Source: Octopus sinensis (lineage: Eukaryota). Taken from it: 64,000 nt of DNA. The DNA lies in the NCBI RefSeq assembly GCF_006345805.1, contig NC_043023.1:6076001-6140000 (forward strand), in the 5' to 3' direction. A model generated the notes under the pieces. It saw only the letters and a list, made by a program, of their open reading frames with translations, was not told the origin of the DNA and searched no databases. A program made the position numbers and the translations under genes. Shown one piece after another: positions 1 through 13,185 of the stretch (positions within the stretch are counted from its first letter, which is position 1; each line of letters opens with the position of its first letter).

Positions 1-514
1 GTGTCTGTGTTTGTCTCCCTAGCATTACTTGACAACCGATGCTGGTGTGTTTACGTCCCCATAACTTAGCGGTTCGGCAAAAGAGACCGATAGAATAAGT
101 ACTGGGCTTAGAAGGAATAAGTCCCAGGGTCGAGTTGCTCGACTAAAGGTGGTGCTCCAGCATGGCCGCAGTCAAATGACTGAAACAAGCCAAAAAAAAA
201 GAAAAAGATAGAAAACTAGAAGACAAACTCAGCCTTACTCGGGGTTAAAATAGTTTATTATTGTTTTACTTGTTTCGGTATTAATCTGGTTTCATTTGGG
301 TCTATGTGGGCCACATTTTAAAAGATGAAGAATGTTGCCCTGGAGGCCACGTCTTTCAAATGAGCAAACTCAAAATTGCTATGCAAACTCGCCAGCACTT
401 TTAACAAAGGTGTGCAAATTTTCAGCTCAATCCGACCACATATGAACACATTATATATATACATATGCATTATATATATATTCACATATATACGCATAAT
501 ATACATACACATAA

Positions 515-548
<34 letters not shown>

Positions 549-572
549 CTTATATATACATAAGTATAACAC

Positions 573-619
<47 letters not shown>

Positions 620-1150
620 TTGTGTGTGTGTGTTAATATCTGCTTTTAGGATCAAAATACATATCCTAATACTAAAAAGATTGTATAGATAGGTGCAGGA
701 GTAGCTTGCTTACCAACCACATGGTTCCGGGTTCAGTCCCACTGCGTGGCACCTTGGGCAAGTGTCTTCTACTGTAGCCTCGGGCCGACCAAAGCCTTGT
801 GAGTGGACTTGGTAAATGGAAACTGAAAGAAGCCCGTCGTATATATGTATATATATATATGTGTGTGTGTTTGTCCTCCCGACATCACTTGACAACCAAT
901 GCTGGAGTGTTTACATCCCCGTAACTTAGCGGTTCGGCAAAAGAGACCGATAGAATAAGTACTAGGCTTACAAAGAATAAGAGATTGTGAATGGCTGTGT
1001 GGTAAGTAGCTTGCTAACAAACCACATGGTTTGGGTTCAGTCCAACTGCATGGCATCTTGGGCAAGTGTCTTCTGCTATAGACCCAGGCCGACCAATGCC
1101 TTGTGAGTGGATTTGGTAGATGGAAACTGAAAGAAGCCTGTCGTATATAT

Positions 1151-1186
<36 letters not shown>

Positions 1187-3406
1187 ATATGTTTGTGTGT
1201 CTGTTTGTCTCCCTAGCATTGCTTGACAACCGATGCTGGTGTGTTTATGTCCCCGTTACTTAGCGGTTCGGCAAAAGAGACCGATAGAATAATTACTAGG
1301 CTTACAAAGAATAAGTCCTGGGGTCGATTTGCTCGACTAAAGGCGGTGCTCCAGCATGGCCGCAGTCAAATGACTGAAACAAGTAAAAGAGTAAAGAGTA
1401 TAGACTTTAAGAATACATGGATACACACGCATATTCACACAACCATCCACCCATAAGTCACAAATTCAAAATGCATACTTCCTAGTTACCTACCCAAATA
1501 GAACACAAAAGTACACCTCAATATTGCACAAACACATTCACATACATCGTCATCGCTTAACATCCGTTTTCCATGCTAGCATGGGTTGGACGGTTCAACC
1601 GGGGTCTGGTAAGCCATGGAGGCTGCGCCAGGCTCTAGTCTGATCTGGCAGTGTTCCTACAGCTGGATGCCCTTCCTAACGCCAACCACTCTGAGAGTGT
1701 ACTGGGTGCTTTTTACATGTTACCGGCACAGGGACCAGGGGAGGCTGGCAAACGGCCACGATTGGCTGGTGCTTTTCCGTGTCACCGACACGGACAATAT
1801 ATATATATATATATACATATATACATACATATATATATATACATATATATATACATATATATATACATCATCATCATCATCATCATCGTTTAGCGTCCGT
1901 TTTCCATGCTAGCATGGGTTGGACGGTTCAACTGGGGTCTGTGAAGCCGGAAGGCTTCATCAGGCCTAGTCAGATCTGGCAGTGTTTCTATGGCTGGATG
2001 CCCTTCCTAACGCCAACCACTCCGTGAGTGTAGTGGGTACTTTTTACGTGCCACCCGCACAGGTGCCAGACAGAGCTGGCAAACGGCCACGAACGGATGG
2101 TGCTTTTTATGTGCCACCGGCACGGGCGCCAGGCGAGGCTGGCAACGGACACGAACCAGCCTCGCCTGGCCCCGTGCCGGTGGCACATAAAAAAAAAAAG
2201 TCGTCATCATCATCATTTAACGTCCGTTTTCCATGCTAGCATGAGTTGGACGGTTCGACCGGGGTCTGGTAAGCCATGGAGGCTGCACCAGGCTCCAATC
2301 TGATCTGGCAGTGTTCCTACAGCTGGATGCCCTTCCTAATGCCAACCACTCCATATGTATGGTGGGTGTTTTTTTACGTGCCACCGGCACGGATGCCAGG
2401 GGAGGGTGGCAAACGGCCACGATCGGATGGTGCTTTTACGTGTCACTGACACGAACGCCAGTCAGGCGACGCTAGTTACTGCCACGCTCGAACGATTTAT
2501 ACAGGTTCTCTCCTATATTTATGGTGCCCCTTATATGTATGAAACATCATTCCTTCTCTCTCACTTCCAGTTATTCAAACTCTGCTATTTTCAATATGAC
2601 CTGGCACAGACTAACACATATTTCTGCATTGCTCCTATTTTCTCTTCCTCCCTCTTTGCTTTCTTCTTTTTTTTATCTAACTTTGACACACTTCTACTTT
2701 CTCCATCTTTCATTTAGTGTGAAACTAATAACTACATCCGATATCACGTTTTCATTTGGTCTTCCATGTCATTATTGCTACCATATATCTTTAACCTATG
2801 CGATTGTGTGTGTGTGTGTGTGTACATGAGTTAGTACTCTTTTACTCTTTTACTGGTTTCAGTCATTTGACTGTGGCCATGCTGGAGCACCGCCTTTAGT
2901 CAAGCAAATTGATCCCAGGACTTATTCTTTGTAAGCCTAGTACTTATTCTATTGGTCTCTTTTGCTGAACCGCTAAGTGACAGGGACGTAAACACACCAG
3001 CATCGGTTGTCAAGCAATGCTAGGGAGACAAACACAAACACACACATATATATATACATATATACGACGGGCTTCTTTCAGTTTCCATCTACCAAATCCA
3101 CTCACAAGTCTTTGGTTGGCCCGAGGCTATAGTAGAAGACATTTGCCCAAGATGCCACACAGTGGGACAGAGCCCGGAATCATGTGGTTAGTAGACAAGC
3201 TACTTGCCACACAGCCACTCCTGTGCCTATAGATGTGTAAATATAAATATATGGCTGTGTGGTAAGTAGCTTGCTTACCAACTACATGGATCCTGGTTCA
3301 GTCCCACTGTGTGGCACCTTGGGCAAGTGTCTTCTACTATAGCCCCGGGCCGACCAAAACCTTGTGAGTGGATTTGGTAGACGGAAACTGAAAGAAGCCC
3401 GTTGTA

Positions 3407-3465
<59 letters not shown>

Positions 3466-3782
3466 ATATGTTTGTGTGTCTGTGTTTGTCCCCCTAGCAT
3501 TGCTTGACAACCGATGCTGGTGTGTTTACATCCCCATCACTTAGCAGTTCGGCAAAAGAGACCGATACAATAAGTACTAGGCTTACAAAGAATAAGTCCT
3601 GGGGTCAATTTGCTCGACTAAAGGATGTGCTCCAGCATGGCCGCAGTCAAATGACTGAAACAAGTAAAAAGAGTAAAAAGAGTAAAGAGTATATGTTTGT
3701 GAGTGTGGTTGTATATATCCTAAATATCTCATATTTCACTTTGTATGTCTACTCCAGGAAGCTGATGGAGAACTGCTCCTTA

Positions 3783-4154
3783 TCTCTCTCTATATAAACG
3801 GCAGTTTGTCTGTGCGTTTTCTGTGTGTCTGTTTTCTCGTACCCTCACTCTGACCACGGCTTTCAACCGATTCTGATGAAACTTGACACACACATAGCCC
3901 AATGTCATAATTCAAAACTAACGCAGCGAAAATTTTGAAAAGTTCCCCCAGTTCTGAAAAAAATCGATAAATTCGACATGGGGTCGAGAATCAGAAACCC
4001 AAACCACAGACCGTCTAGGGGACGCAACTCCACCTATTTTAACTCTCAAAAAAATTTACCATCATTTTTTTCCCATTTTTTGGCTATAACTCTCTAAAAA
4101 TGCTTTATAGTTATTTCCCTTACAAACCTGAGCAACGCCGGGCGATACTGCTAG
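3783..4154 (+). mobile_element. Non-autonomous Helitron
   Basis: Begins a|TC and ends CTAG|t with a GC-rich subterminal segment (gagcaacgccgggcgatactgctag); no TSD; near-identical copy at 12065-12448. Ends 28 nt before the exon A start. Confidence 0.75.
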
Positions 4155-4182
4155 TTTATACATAAACCATGCATCTTTGCAG

Positions 4183-4470
4183 GCAAGACAAGATTTGAAC
4201 ACTTCCCAGTAGATTTGGTGGTGTATAAAGGGGAAGACGCAAAATTCACATGTGTTGCCATGACAGACCCTATGGAAGCTGACAATCTGCGTATAGTTTG
4301 GTCCAAGGATGATGATGTCACAGTCATTGATGAGAAGAGGATCATCCAGAATCCCAAAGACAATTCACTGATCATCAGGAGTGTAAAGGAAACGGATGCT
4401 GGCCTCTATTCATGTGTGGCTACAAATGGATTGGATTTTATCAAAGCGTTTGCTCGTCTCAAAGTAAGAG
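4183..4470 (+). CDS. Ig exon A: L1/neuroglian-family Ig6-like domain, copy 1
   Basis: ttgcag acceptor and G|gtaggt donor; 288 nt, phase 1-1. Encodes GKTRFEHFPVDLVVYKGEDAKFTCVAMTDPME...W.KD...DNSLII...DAGLYSCVATNGLD...LKVR, with the Ig C-W-C core and the DP and Y.C.A..LD motifs typical of L1-family Ig6. Confidence 0.9.
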
Positions 4471-4572
4471 GTAGGTTCATTTCACGTGTATGTGTGCCAT
4501 TCTCCCACTCTCCAGGAATAGCCACCTATGTCTGTGCTCCCCAGGATTCAATTTTAACTATTCTACACACAT

Positions 4573-4652
<80 letters not shown>

Positions 4653-4737
4653 TGAGATTGGTCCTTTAATAAAGTAACATAGAAACGAATGGTGAATAGT
4701 TTAGGGGTGTAATTTGCAGTCGCAAGTTTTTGAGTTA

Positions 4738-4769
<32 letters not shown>

Positions 4770-4771
<2 letters not shown>

Positions 4772-5085
4772 TGTGTACAGTGCTCAGGTGCACTACAACT
4801 CATCTAAAGTGTATATATAATCAGGTGTAGTTTCGGCGGATTTCGGAAAGCATGAGGGCCTTAAAGGATGCAGTGTCATGGCAGTCAACAACTGACGCAG
4901 GCAGTTTATTCCATGCTTCAGCAACTCTGAGCGTGAAGAAATGTTTCCGAAAGTCATGGGAGCTGTGTTGTTTTCTGACTTTGTAGGCATGTCCACGTGT
5001 GTTAGACACAAGGAGATCAAAAAGGTGTTCAGTATTGTTGTTGGTGAGGTGGTTGATAACTTTCAATCTATCTGTAAGGTATCTT
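4770..5085 (-). mobile_element. 5'-truncated CR1/L2-type LINE 3' end
   Basis: Encodes TRGHAYKVRKQHS...RKHFFTLRVAEAWNKLPASVV and has a (TAA)n tail. A sister fragment lies at about 36712-36990 (+). Confidence 0.7.
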
Positions 5086-5092
5086 GGACAAG

Positions 5093-5138
<46 letters not shown>

Positions 5139-5390
5139 CCAAACACACGACAGGCTTCTTTCAGTTTTTGTCTACCAAATCCACTCACAAGGCATTGGTC
5201 GGCCTGGGGCTATAGCAGAAGACACTTGCCCAAGATGCCACGCAGTGGGACTGAACCCAGAACCATGTGGTTGGTTAGCAAGCTACTTACCACACAGCCA
5301 CTCCTGCACCTATGTATTAAACAATATACATAGAAAACTAGAAGACAAACCCGGCCTTGCTCGGGATTATATATATATATATATATATAT

Positions 5391-5421
<31 letters not shown>

Positions 5422-5426
<5 letters not shown>

Positions 5427-5848
5427 GTAATAATATGTTACCATTATTCAATAGTCAAGATAAAACTCTGAGTTTCAGATGCCGAAGTGGAAATCGACAA
5501 CACCATCTCTTCGGTTATCTGGCCATCTGAAAAATGCTATGAAATAAAACTGTTATTCAAAGGGAAATTACTGTGTTTTAATTCCGCTACTTATATAAAT
5601 TATATAATTATATAATTAAGTGTATGAGTAGCCATACTTACGTGTTTACTATGAACTTTTAACCTTAATTTATATAAGTAGCGGAATTATAACACAGTAA
5701 TTTCCCTTTATATAACGGTATTTTTTCATAGCGTTTTTCAGATGGCCAGATAACCGAAGAGATGGTGTTGTGGATTTCCACTTCGGCATCTGAAACTCAG
5801 AGTTTTATCTTGACTATTGAATAATTGTCACATATTAATTTACAGATA
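5422..5848. mobile_element. MITE-like fold-back element
   Basis: Long imperfect terminal inverted repeats (tatctgtaa...ttacagata, arms about 170 nt) around a short AT-rich core; abuts a (TA)n run. Confidence 0.75.
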
Positions 5849-6268
5849 AATTTCCTCTATTTACATAATATTGAGGTCTCTTTCTTTCTTTTGTTATCTT
5901 ACCGTTTTACCAATATATATATATATATGCACATATATATGTTTCTTGTCCAAGATACCTTACAGAGAGATTGAACTTATATATATGCATATGCATGTAC
6001 AAATAAATATATATGCGTATAAATGTATGTATATATGTAAAAAAAATAGTGAAAAGAGTTTTCTCTTTTTCTCTTTACTTGTTTCAGTCATTTGACTGCA
6101 GCCATGCTGGAGCACCACCTTTAGTCAAGCAAATCGACCCCATGACTTATTCTTTGGAAGCCTAGTACTTATTCTATCAGTCTCTTTTGCTGAACTGCAA
6201 AGTTACGGGGACGTAAACACACTAGCATCTGTTGTCAAGCAATGTAAGGGGGACAAACAAGCACACAC

Positions 6269-6320
<52 letters not shown>

Positions 6321-6322
<2 letters not shown>

Positions 6323-7380
6323 TCACAATCAAGGAACGGCCATAATAGGCCATTCACCCACTAGAAATAACAGCCAAAAGCTTTAACCGCAAAATAACAT
6401 CAATTCCGTAAACCAGGAGAAAATTAAAAAACATTTACCCTGTAATTTCTTATACGACGCACCGTTTCGTCTACTGTTTAATGGTAAACTAACCTGATTA
6501 AATTAAATCAAGCCAATCTACCATAGGCCCTTAGATTCATCAGTAAGAAATAGCCAAGTCGGAACAGATATTTTTCACGAGGCATTCCCGTCCCTGCCTC
6601 GGCAATATCTGACCTAAAATTTTCAAATCATCGCACTTGCGCCAAATTTATCGGCAGCAAATAAATATAAGCCGCCGATTCCATTACGGAATTAACCAGA
6701 AAATTCATAATTAATCAATATAGGGTGGCAAAAAAATTTTGTAGAATTTTTTTTTGCCACCAGCGGCCTAGTGGGAAAAAATTAAATAGTCATAGACCAT
6801 TTTTAAGTTCAACATCACAATCAAGGAACGGCCATAATAGGCCATTCACCCACTAGAAATAACAGCCAAAAGCTTTAACCGCAAAATAACATCAATTCCG
6901 TAAACCAGGAGAAAATTAAAAAACATTTACCCTGTAATTTCTTATACGATGCACCGTTTCGTCTACTGTTTAATGGTAAACTAACCTGATTAAATTAAAT
7001 CAAGCCAATCTACCATAGGCCCTTAGATTCATCAGTAAGAAATAGCCAAGTCGGAACACTGATGAATCTAAGGGCCTATGGTAGATTGGCTTGATTTAAT
7101 TTAATCAGGTTAGTTTACCATTAAACAGTAGACGAAACGGTGCATCGTATAAGAAATTACAGGGTAAATGTTTTTTAATTTTCTCCTGGTTTACGGAATT
7201 GATGTTATTTTGCGGTTTAAGCTTTTGGCTGTTATTTCTAGTGGGTGAATGGCCTATTATGGCCGTTCCTTGATTGTGATGTTGAACTTAAAAATGGTCT
7301 ATGACTATTTAATTTTTTCCCACTAGGCCGCTGGTGGCAAAAAAAAAATTCTACAAAATTTTTTTGCCACCCTATATTGA

Positions 7381-7387
<7 letters not shown>
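6321..7387. repeat. 492-bp tandem unit plus 328-bp near-perfect inverted repeat
   Basis: catcacaatcaagg occurs at 6321 and 6813; 6708-7035 is the reverse complement of 7059-7387 with a 23-nt spacer. Confidence 0.9.
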
Positions 7388-7429
<42 letters not shown>

Positions 7430-7834
7430 CATATATACAATGAGCTTCTTTCAGTTTCTGTCTACCAAATCCACTCACAAGGCTTTGGTCAGCCCGAGGC
7501 TATAGTAGAAGACACTCGCCCAAAGTGCCATGCAGTGGGACTGAATGTAGAACCATGTGATTGGTAAGCAGGCTACTTACTACACAGCTGCTCCTTCCAA
7601 AATTCCATGTGAAATATATGGAAAAGAAGGAAAATGCACAAAAATGTTATGTTGGGAAAGATACATTTATGAAATAAAAAATATTTACATAGTCAACCAG
7701 TTTCGATTCTACACATCATAATGAAGTAGTTAATGTTATAATTCCATGTTATTATAAGTTGTCATCCCACATCAGTAGATCAGATATTTTGTAATACACA
7801 CACACACGTATATACTTATATACAAACATTTTAA

Positions 7835-8150
7835 AAGACTCCGCCGGTTACGACAACGAGGGTCCCAGCTGATACGATCAACGGAACAGCTTGCTCGTGA
7901 AATTAACGTGCAAATGGCTGAGCATTCCACAGACACGTGTACCCTTAACGTAGTTCTCGGGGATAATCAGCGTGACACAGAGAGTGACAAGGCTGACCCT
8001 TTGAAATACAAGTACAACTCATTTTTGCCAGCTGAGTGGACTGGAGCAACGTGAAATAAAGTGTCTTGCTCAAGGACACAACGCGTCGCCGGGAATCGAA
8101 CTCACAACCTTACGATCATGAGCCGAATGCCCTAACCACTAAGCCACATG
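7835..8150 (-). mobile_element. tRNA-derived SINE (second head type)
   Basis: Reverse strand reads ggcatgtggcttagtggttagg...gttcgattccc (A/B boxes) then ttgtgtccttgagcaagacac. A related copy lies at 43921-44240 (+). Confidence 0.7.
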
Positions 8151-8187
8151 CCCTCACTATACAAACATAATTCATATTTCATTGCAG

Positions 8188-8481
8188 CCAAGATAAGAAT
8201 TGAACCCTCTCCATCGAATCTGGTCATGAAGAAAGGGGAAGATGCACAGTTCATGTGTGGTGCCACAACTGATTCCATTGAGGTCAACAACCCGCATATC
8301 ATTTGGAGGAAGGATACTGAGGTCATAGACATCAATGAAGACATCAATGAAGTCATCCAGAATTCCAAAACCAGTTTATTGATCATCAGGAATGTAACCA
8401 GAAATGATGCTGGTCGCTATATGTGTCTGGCCATAAATGGATTGGACATTGTCAATGCCTCAGCCCTTCTCACAGTCAAAG
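8188..8481 (+). CDS. Ig exon B: L1/neuroglian-family Ig6-like domain, copy 2
   Basis: ttgcag acceptor and G|gtaagc donor; 294 nt, phase 1-1. Encodes AKIRIEPSPSNLVMKKGEDAQFMCGATTD...W.KD...DAGRYMCLAINGLDIVNASALLTVK; clearly paralogous to exons A and L. Confidence 0.9.
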
Positions 8482-8519
8482 GTAAGCTCATTTTGTTAGT
8501 AAACTCACCCACACACATA

Positions 8520-8748
8520 TACTCTTTTACTCTTTTACTTGTTTCAGTCATTTGACTGCGGCCATGCTGGAGCACTGCCTTTAGTCGAGCAAATCGACCC
8601 CGGGACTTATTCTTTGTAAGCCCAGTACTTATTCTATCGGCCTCTTTTGCTGAACCGCTAAGTGACAGGGATGTAAACACACCAGCATCGGTTGTCAAGC
8701 AATGCTAGGGGAACAAACACAGACACACAAACATATACACACACATAC

Positions 8749-8805
<57 letters not shown>

Positions 8806-8975
8806 CATATATACGACGGGCTTCTTTCAGTTTCCGTCTACCAAATCCACTCACAAGGCATTTGTCGGCCCGAGGCTATAGCAGAAGACATTTGCCCAAG
8901 ATGCCACGCAGTGGGACTGAACCCGGAACCATGTGGTTGGTAAGCAAGCTACTTACCACACAGCCGCTCCTGCAG
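8520..8975 (-). mobile_element. Dominant tRNA-derived SINE (representative - strand copy)
   Basis: About 400 nt: A/B-box head, ccttgggcaag core, central (TA/TG)n and (AAAGAGT)n tail. Dozens of full or partial copies occur across the window in both orientations. Confidence 0.85.
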
Positions 8976-8979
8976 CATC

Positions 8980-10627
8980 AGCTGAAAATATATTAGGCTG
9001 AGAAAGATAAATGAGGTTTATTTTTCAACATAATCACCCTTGTGGTCCACTCACTGCTCAGATCCCATTGGCAAAAACAGTTTTCATCCTGCTGGTCAAA
9101 AACATCAGCAACATCAAATATGAAGCTGGTCAAGAGCAGATTTGATGTCATCCCTGCAATACTAGTTTCCAGCAAAGAGTTTCTTCATGTTGGGCTTATT
9201 CAGGATATTAGGGATGGTGATCAACTATTCCAAAGCCACAGTGATGCACAGCAACCATTGAAAGTAAGGACTTGTGTGCTGGAGCATTGTCTTAATAAAA
9301 CAAGAGCACTTTTGCTAGTTTTCCTCGGAGTTTGATCTTCATAGCCTTTCATAACTGCCTCAGCAAGTTGGCACAGTACTTTCCATTGACAGTGGGCTCT
9401 TTTGAAGGTAGTCGATAAACTCAATGCCTTTTGCATCCCAAAAACCTGAGGCCATCACCTTCTCTGCAGAAAAAAATTACCTTGGTCTTCTTTGGAACAG
9501 GTGATGTGAGGTGTTTCCATTGCATGGACTGTCTCTATTTTTGGCTCAAACTAAGGAACCCAACACTCAAACTGATTCGGAAATGTTTGAGAAAATCAAC
9601 TGGATCTGCCTCAGACAATGTCAGGTTTTCCCATGATGCAACCAGCCTGGTGCGCATCATGGGTGTCAGATGTGACACCCACTAAGCAGAAACTTTCATC
9701 ATGCCAAGTTCATTGTGCAAAATATTCTTAACTTATTCTTTTACTCTTTACTTGTTTCAGTCATTTGACTGTGGTCATACTGGGACACTGCCTTTAGTCG
9801 AGCAAATCGACCCCAGGACTTATTCTTTGTAAGCCTAGTACATATTCTATCAGTCTCCCTTGCCAAAACCGCTAAGTGATGGGGACATAAACACACCAGC
9901 ATCGGTTGTCAAGCGATATTGGGGGGACTAACACAGACACACAAACACACACACATATATATATACACACACACATATATATATACACAACAGGCTTCTT
10001 TCAGTTTCCGTCAACCAAATCCACTCACAAGGCTTTGGTCGGCCCGAGGCTATAGTAGAAGACACTTGCCCAAGATGCCATGCAGTAGAACTGAACCCAG
10101 AACCATGTGGTTGGTAAGCAAGCTACTTACCACGCAGCCACTATCCTAAAAGCATTGGCTATTTGATTTATAGTCAGCCAACTGTCATCCATCCCTATGT
10201 GGTGAACACAAACAACGTTTTCCTCAGTGGTGACAGTTGCAGGATGTCCAGAGCTTATGTCATCTTCGAGAGCATCTATTCTCCTCCTAAATTCAACAGC
10301 TAACTTTTGCACTCTTGCACTTTTTAAAACTGGAGTATCATTCCCCATTCCGTAATGTAGCAACCATGTTAGCATGCATATCCTTGGGAGCTAAAGCCTT
10401 TTTTCTGTAGGGACTTGATAACACCATGATGCCAAATTTTATCAATTTTCAAGAGAAGTTGCTACTAGTTCATTTGAAGTTTCCTTTGAACAGTCGCATA
10501 TCAGTTTACCAAGAAGCCATCAATGCAGTTATTAATAAGAAGTGTTGGAAATAATGCATGCAAAATTTCACAGCTCTAGTATCATTCTTTCATAGTCAAA
10601 TGATGAACTTTTCAGCCTACCCTCGTA
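8980..10627 (-). mobile_element. Degenerate mariner-type DNA transposon, interrupted by a SINE
   Basis: TIR-like tacgagggtaggctgaaaagttca on the - strand at 10604-10627. Broken transposase pieces include LEDDISSGHPATVTTEENV, KKTKV...SAEKVMA..FWDAKG and HHPY. A SINE occupies about 9735-10145. Confidence 0.7.
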
Positions 10628-11677
10628 TAATATATACATATGTGAGAGCACTTTCAACAGACCCATCCCTACCCACAGTAATGAGGCATGAATGAGAAAT
10701 GGATTCACTGGGAACAGTGTAAATATTGATAAATATGCCACACACATAAGATAATCAAAAAGGGAAATACCTATTTCACTTAGAAGTTTCAACCAGGATA
10801 GCTAAGATCTCCCGGATGCTAATTATAAGAAACAGTTCCCTTCAATGCATAAGTATTATAAACTCTTGAACCCTTACAATGTTGAAGTCAATTACTCCTA
10901 CTTAAACAACATCATAAAAGATACTCACTCCTAACACACCCTCCAACCTGTAGTCAGCAAAATCCTACAAACTACCTTCTAGGAAGATTTTGCCTCTAAA
11001 AAGTTGTATTTTGAGAGCCACCTTCACACCATCTGATGGCATCAGAAGACACTACATGAGATGACTACCAATGTCTTTTGTGGGATGGGATACTCAATAA
11101 AGACACGCCTTCAGGTGTAGAGATAGAGCAAAATACTACCTCCCTGTCCCACTTCATCTGGAGACTCTGCCAAACATCTGAATAACCTCCACATCATCAA
11201 ATGGAGTATCACTGATAGAGTACCCTTACTCACATGGAATTTGCAATCGCTAACTCTACCTCTGCAAGAGACAACAAATACTTCATGAAGCTGCAGTATC
11301 CATTGACAGGAAGAATGACCTTTCATTTTGTTGCCACCAGAGGTACTCACTATTAATGAACTCAAGACTGGCTGCTGATAATTCAGATACACTGATTAAC
11401 TCCCTTCCCTCAAAAATTAATGGCCCTGTGCTGAAATTTGAAAATATATTTGGCGAAGCCATGTCTGGCTACCTATAGATAAATAGTACTTTATTTGGAA
11501 ATAGGTAAGAGTTGGCAACAGGAAGAGCATCCTGCTGTGGAAATTCTGCCTTAATAAACTATGTTTGACTCATGCAAGCATGAGACATGGATTTTATGAT
11601 GCTGCTGCTGATTAGGATTATGATGATTATATGTGTAGCAATAACCATTTTAACCATTTTGAAATATGGCGCGAATT

Positions 11678-11760
11678 GGCAATATGACGTAATGTCATAT
11701 TGCCGAAGAATTATTATTTTCGTTTTTTCCATTGGTTAATATAACTGCTCATATAAAGAT
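11678..11760 (+). promoter_or_regulatory. Candidate promoter for the Ig1-Ig6 unit
   Basis: CRE-like TGACGTAA (11685-11692) lies inside an 11-bp-stem hairpin (11678-11704), followed by ATTGG (reverse CCAAT, 11731) and CATATAAAG (11750). A YY1-like AATATGGCG is just upstream and a strong donor CG|gtaatt follows at 11908. Motif co-occurrence only. Confidence 0.3.
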
Positions 11761-12064
11761 TCTAAAAGTTTCATAAAGAATATTTGTAATGAATTTCGAT
11801 TCTTTTAAGTCAAGTTGAGCAGTTATAAAATCCCTGGCTTTTGGGAAAAATTTCAGTGTTTGTTGGATGTCACTAAACTCCACGACACTCACTCTTTTGA
11901 GACATCGGTAATTTTCATGCCATGTCCAAAGATAATCACAAGTCTATTTTGATTTGTTGATTAATCTATTAGTTAGATTTACGAATTAGTTAATGAATTT
12001 ATAGTTGTTCTTCTACACGACAAAAATTGTCTTTCCTTCCTACTGTAAATAATATAAAACGTTA

Positions 12065-12448
12065 TCTCTCTATATATAAACGGCAGTTTGTCTGTGCGTG
12101 TTTCTGTGTGTCTGTTTGCTTGTACCCTCACCCTGACCACGGCTTTCAACCGATTCTGATGAAACTTGACACACACATAGCCCAATGTCATAATTCAAAA
12201 CTAACGCAGCCAAAATTTTGAAAAGTTCCCCCAGTTCTGAAAAAAATCGATAAATTCGACATGGGGTCGAGAATCAGAAACACAAACCACAAACTGTCTA
12301 GGGGACGCAACTCCACCTTTTTTAACTCTCAAAAAAAATTTACCATCATTTTTTTCCATTTTTTTGCTATTTTTTGGCTATGACTCTCTAAAAATGCTTT
12401 ATAGTTATTTCCCTTATAAACCTGAGCAACGCCGGGCGATACTGCTAG
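12065..12448 (+). mobile_element. Non-autonomous Helitron (copy of 3783-4154)
   Basis: a|TC start, CTAG|t end, near-identical to the first copy. Confidence 0.75.
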
Positions 12449-12593
12449 TGTTTATATAATAAAACTAATTAAGAAAATGTTTCTCTTCACGTTTGTTTTT
12501 TCAACTGAGTATAAATAAATATGCATTTCTGTAATGATTAATTTATATTTTCTTATAGCGGTTAAAAGGACACGAAGAAAATATTCAACATAC

Positions 12594-12664
12594 ATGTCGT
12601 TAATATTCATAACGTTTCATGAGTATATCTCTCTATGACGTTATATACTGTAGTTCGGGTTTGG
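12594..12664 (+). CDS. Candidate start/signal-peptide exon of the Ig1-Ig6 unit
   Basis: Acceptor ttttcttatag ends at 12558. ATG 12619 gives MSISLYDVIYCSSGL + G|gtataa, a phase-1 donor in frame with exon C. Deleting one T from the TTT at 12615-12617 would join ATG 12594 to give MSLIFITFMSISLYDVIYCSSGL, which resembles a signal peptide. The donor is moderate and the long form needs a 1-nt correction. Confidence 0.35.
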
Positions 12665-12795
12665 GTATAATGATAACACATTTAATCATTATATTCCTCC
12701 TTACTCAGAAAAAAGCCAAATAAAATAATATAACCTAAGAGAAAGCTGAAGGTAGCATAATAAGCCTCTATAATAGTGATGCTCTCCTCTTTCAG

Positions 12796-12907
12796 ATGGA
12801 GGTACACAGCCACCTGTGATGTTAATCAACCCACCTACCCAGGTACCGTTTAAAGAATTAGAGGCTGTGGTAGTTCCATGCAAGGCCAGTGGAGAACCAC
12901 AACCTAC
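12796..12907 (+). CDS. Ig exon C: first half of L1/neuroglian-like Ig1
   Basis: ctttcag acceptor and AC|gtaagt donor; 112 nt, phase 1-2. Encodes (D)GGTQPPVMLINPPTQVPFKELEAVVVPCKASGEPQP(T). Not in the ORF track; found by reading the sequence. Confidence 0.85.
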
Positions 12908-13185
12908 GTAAGTATTGTTGTTTGAGTAGTAGTACAAGTAGTAGTGGGGGGGTGTAGTCATGTGATTGTGGTGGTGGCAGTGTGATAATTTTGGGTGTGG
13001 AGGTATGTAGTGGTGTAGTGGAAGGAGATGCCGTAGAGAGAAGGGTTTTATGAAAAGTTTTACACCTTCTTTCTCTCCCTCTTTCTTTCTCAGCACACAC
13101 ACACACACACATATATATATTTGAGGTATTGTGATACCAATATCCTGATGTAGAACTCAGTAGATGTAAGCTTCAGAACAAAGTG

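Noticed and set aside
1-3700. Numerous 60-100 aa ORFs recurring across the window (e.g. ...VEDTCPRCHAVGLNPEPCGW)
   Set aside because: Translations of repeated SINE sequence, not genes.
10800-11300. Possible third Penelope-like GIY-YIG remnant (TSLSHFIWRL-like words)
   Set aside because: Too degenerate to delimit or support as a feature.
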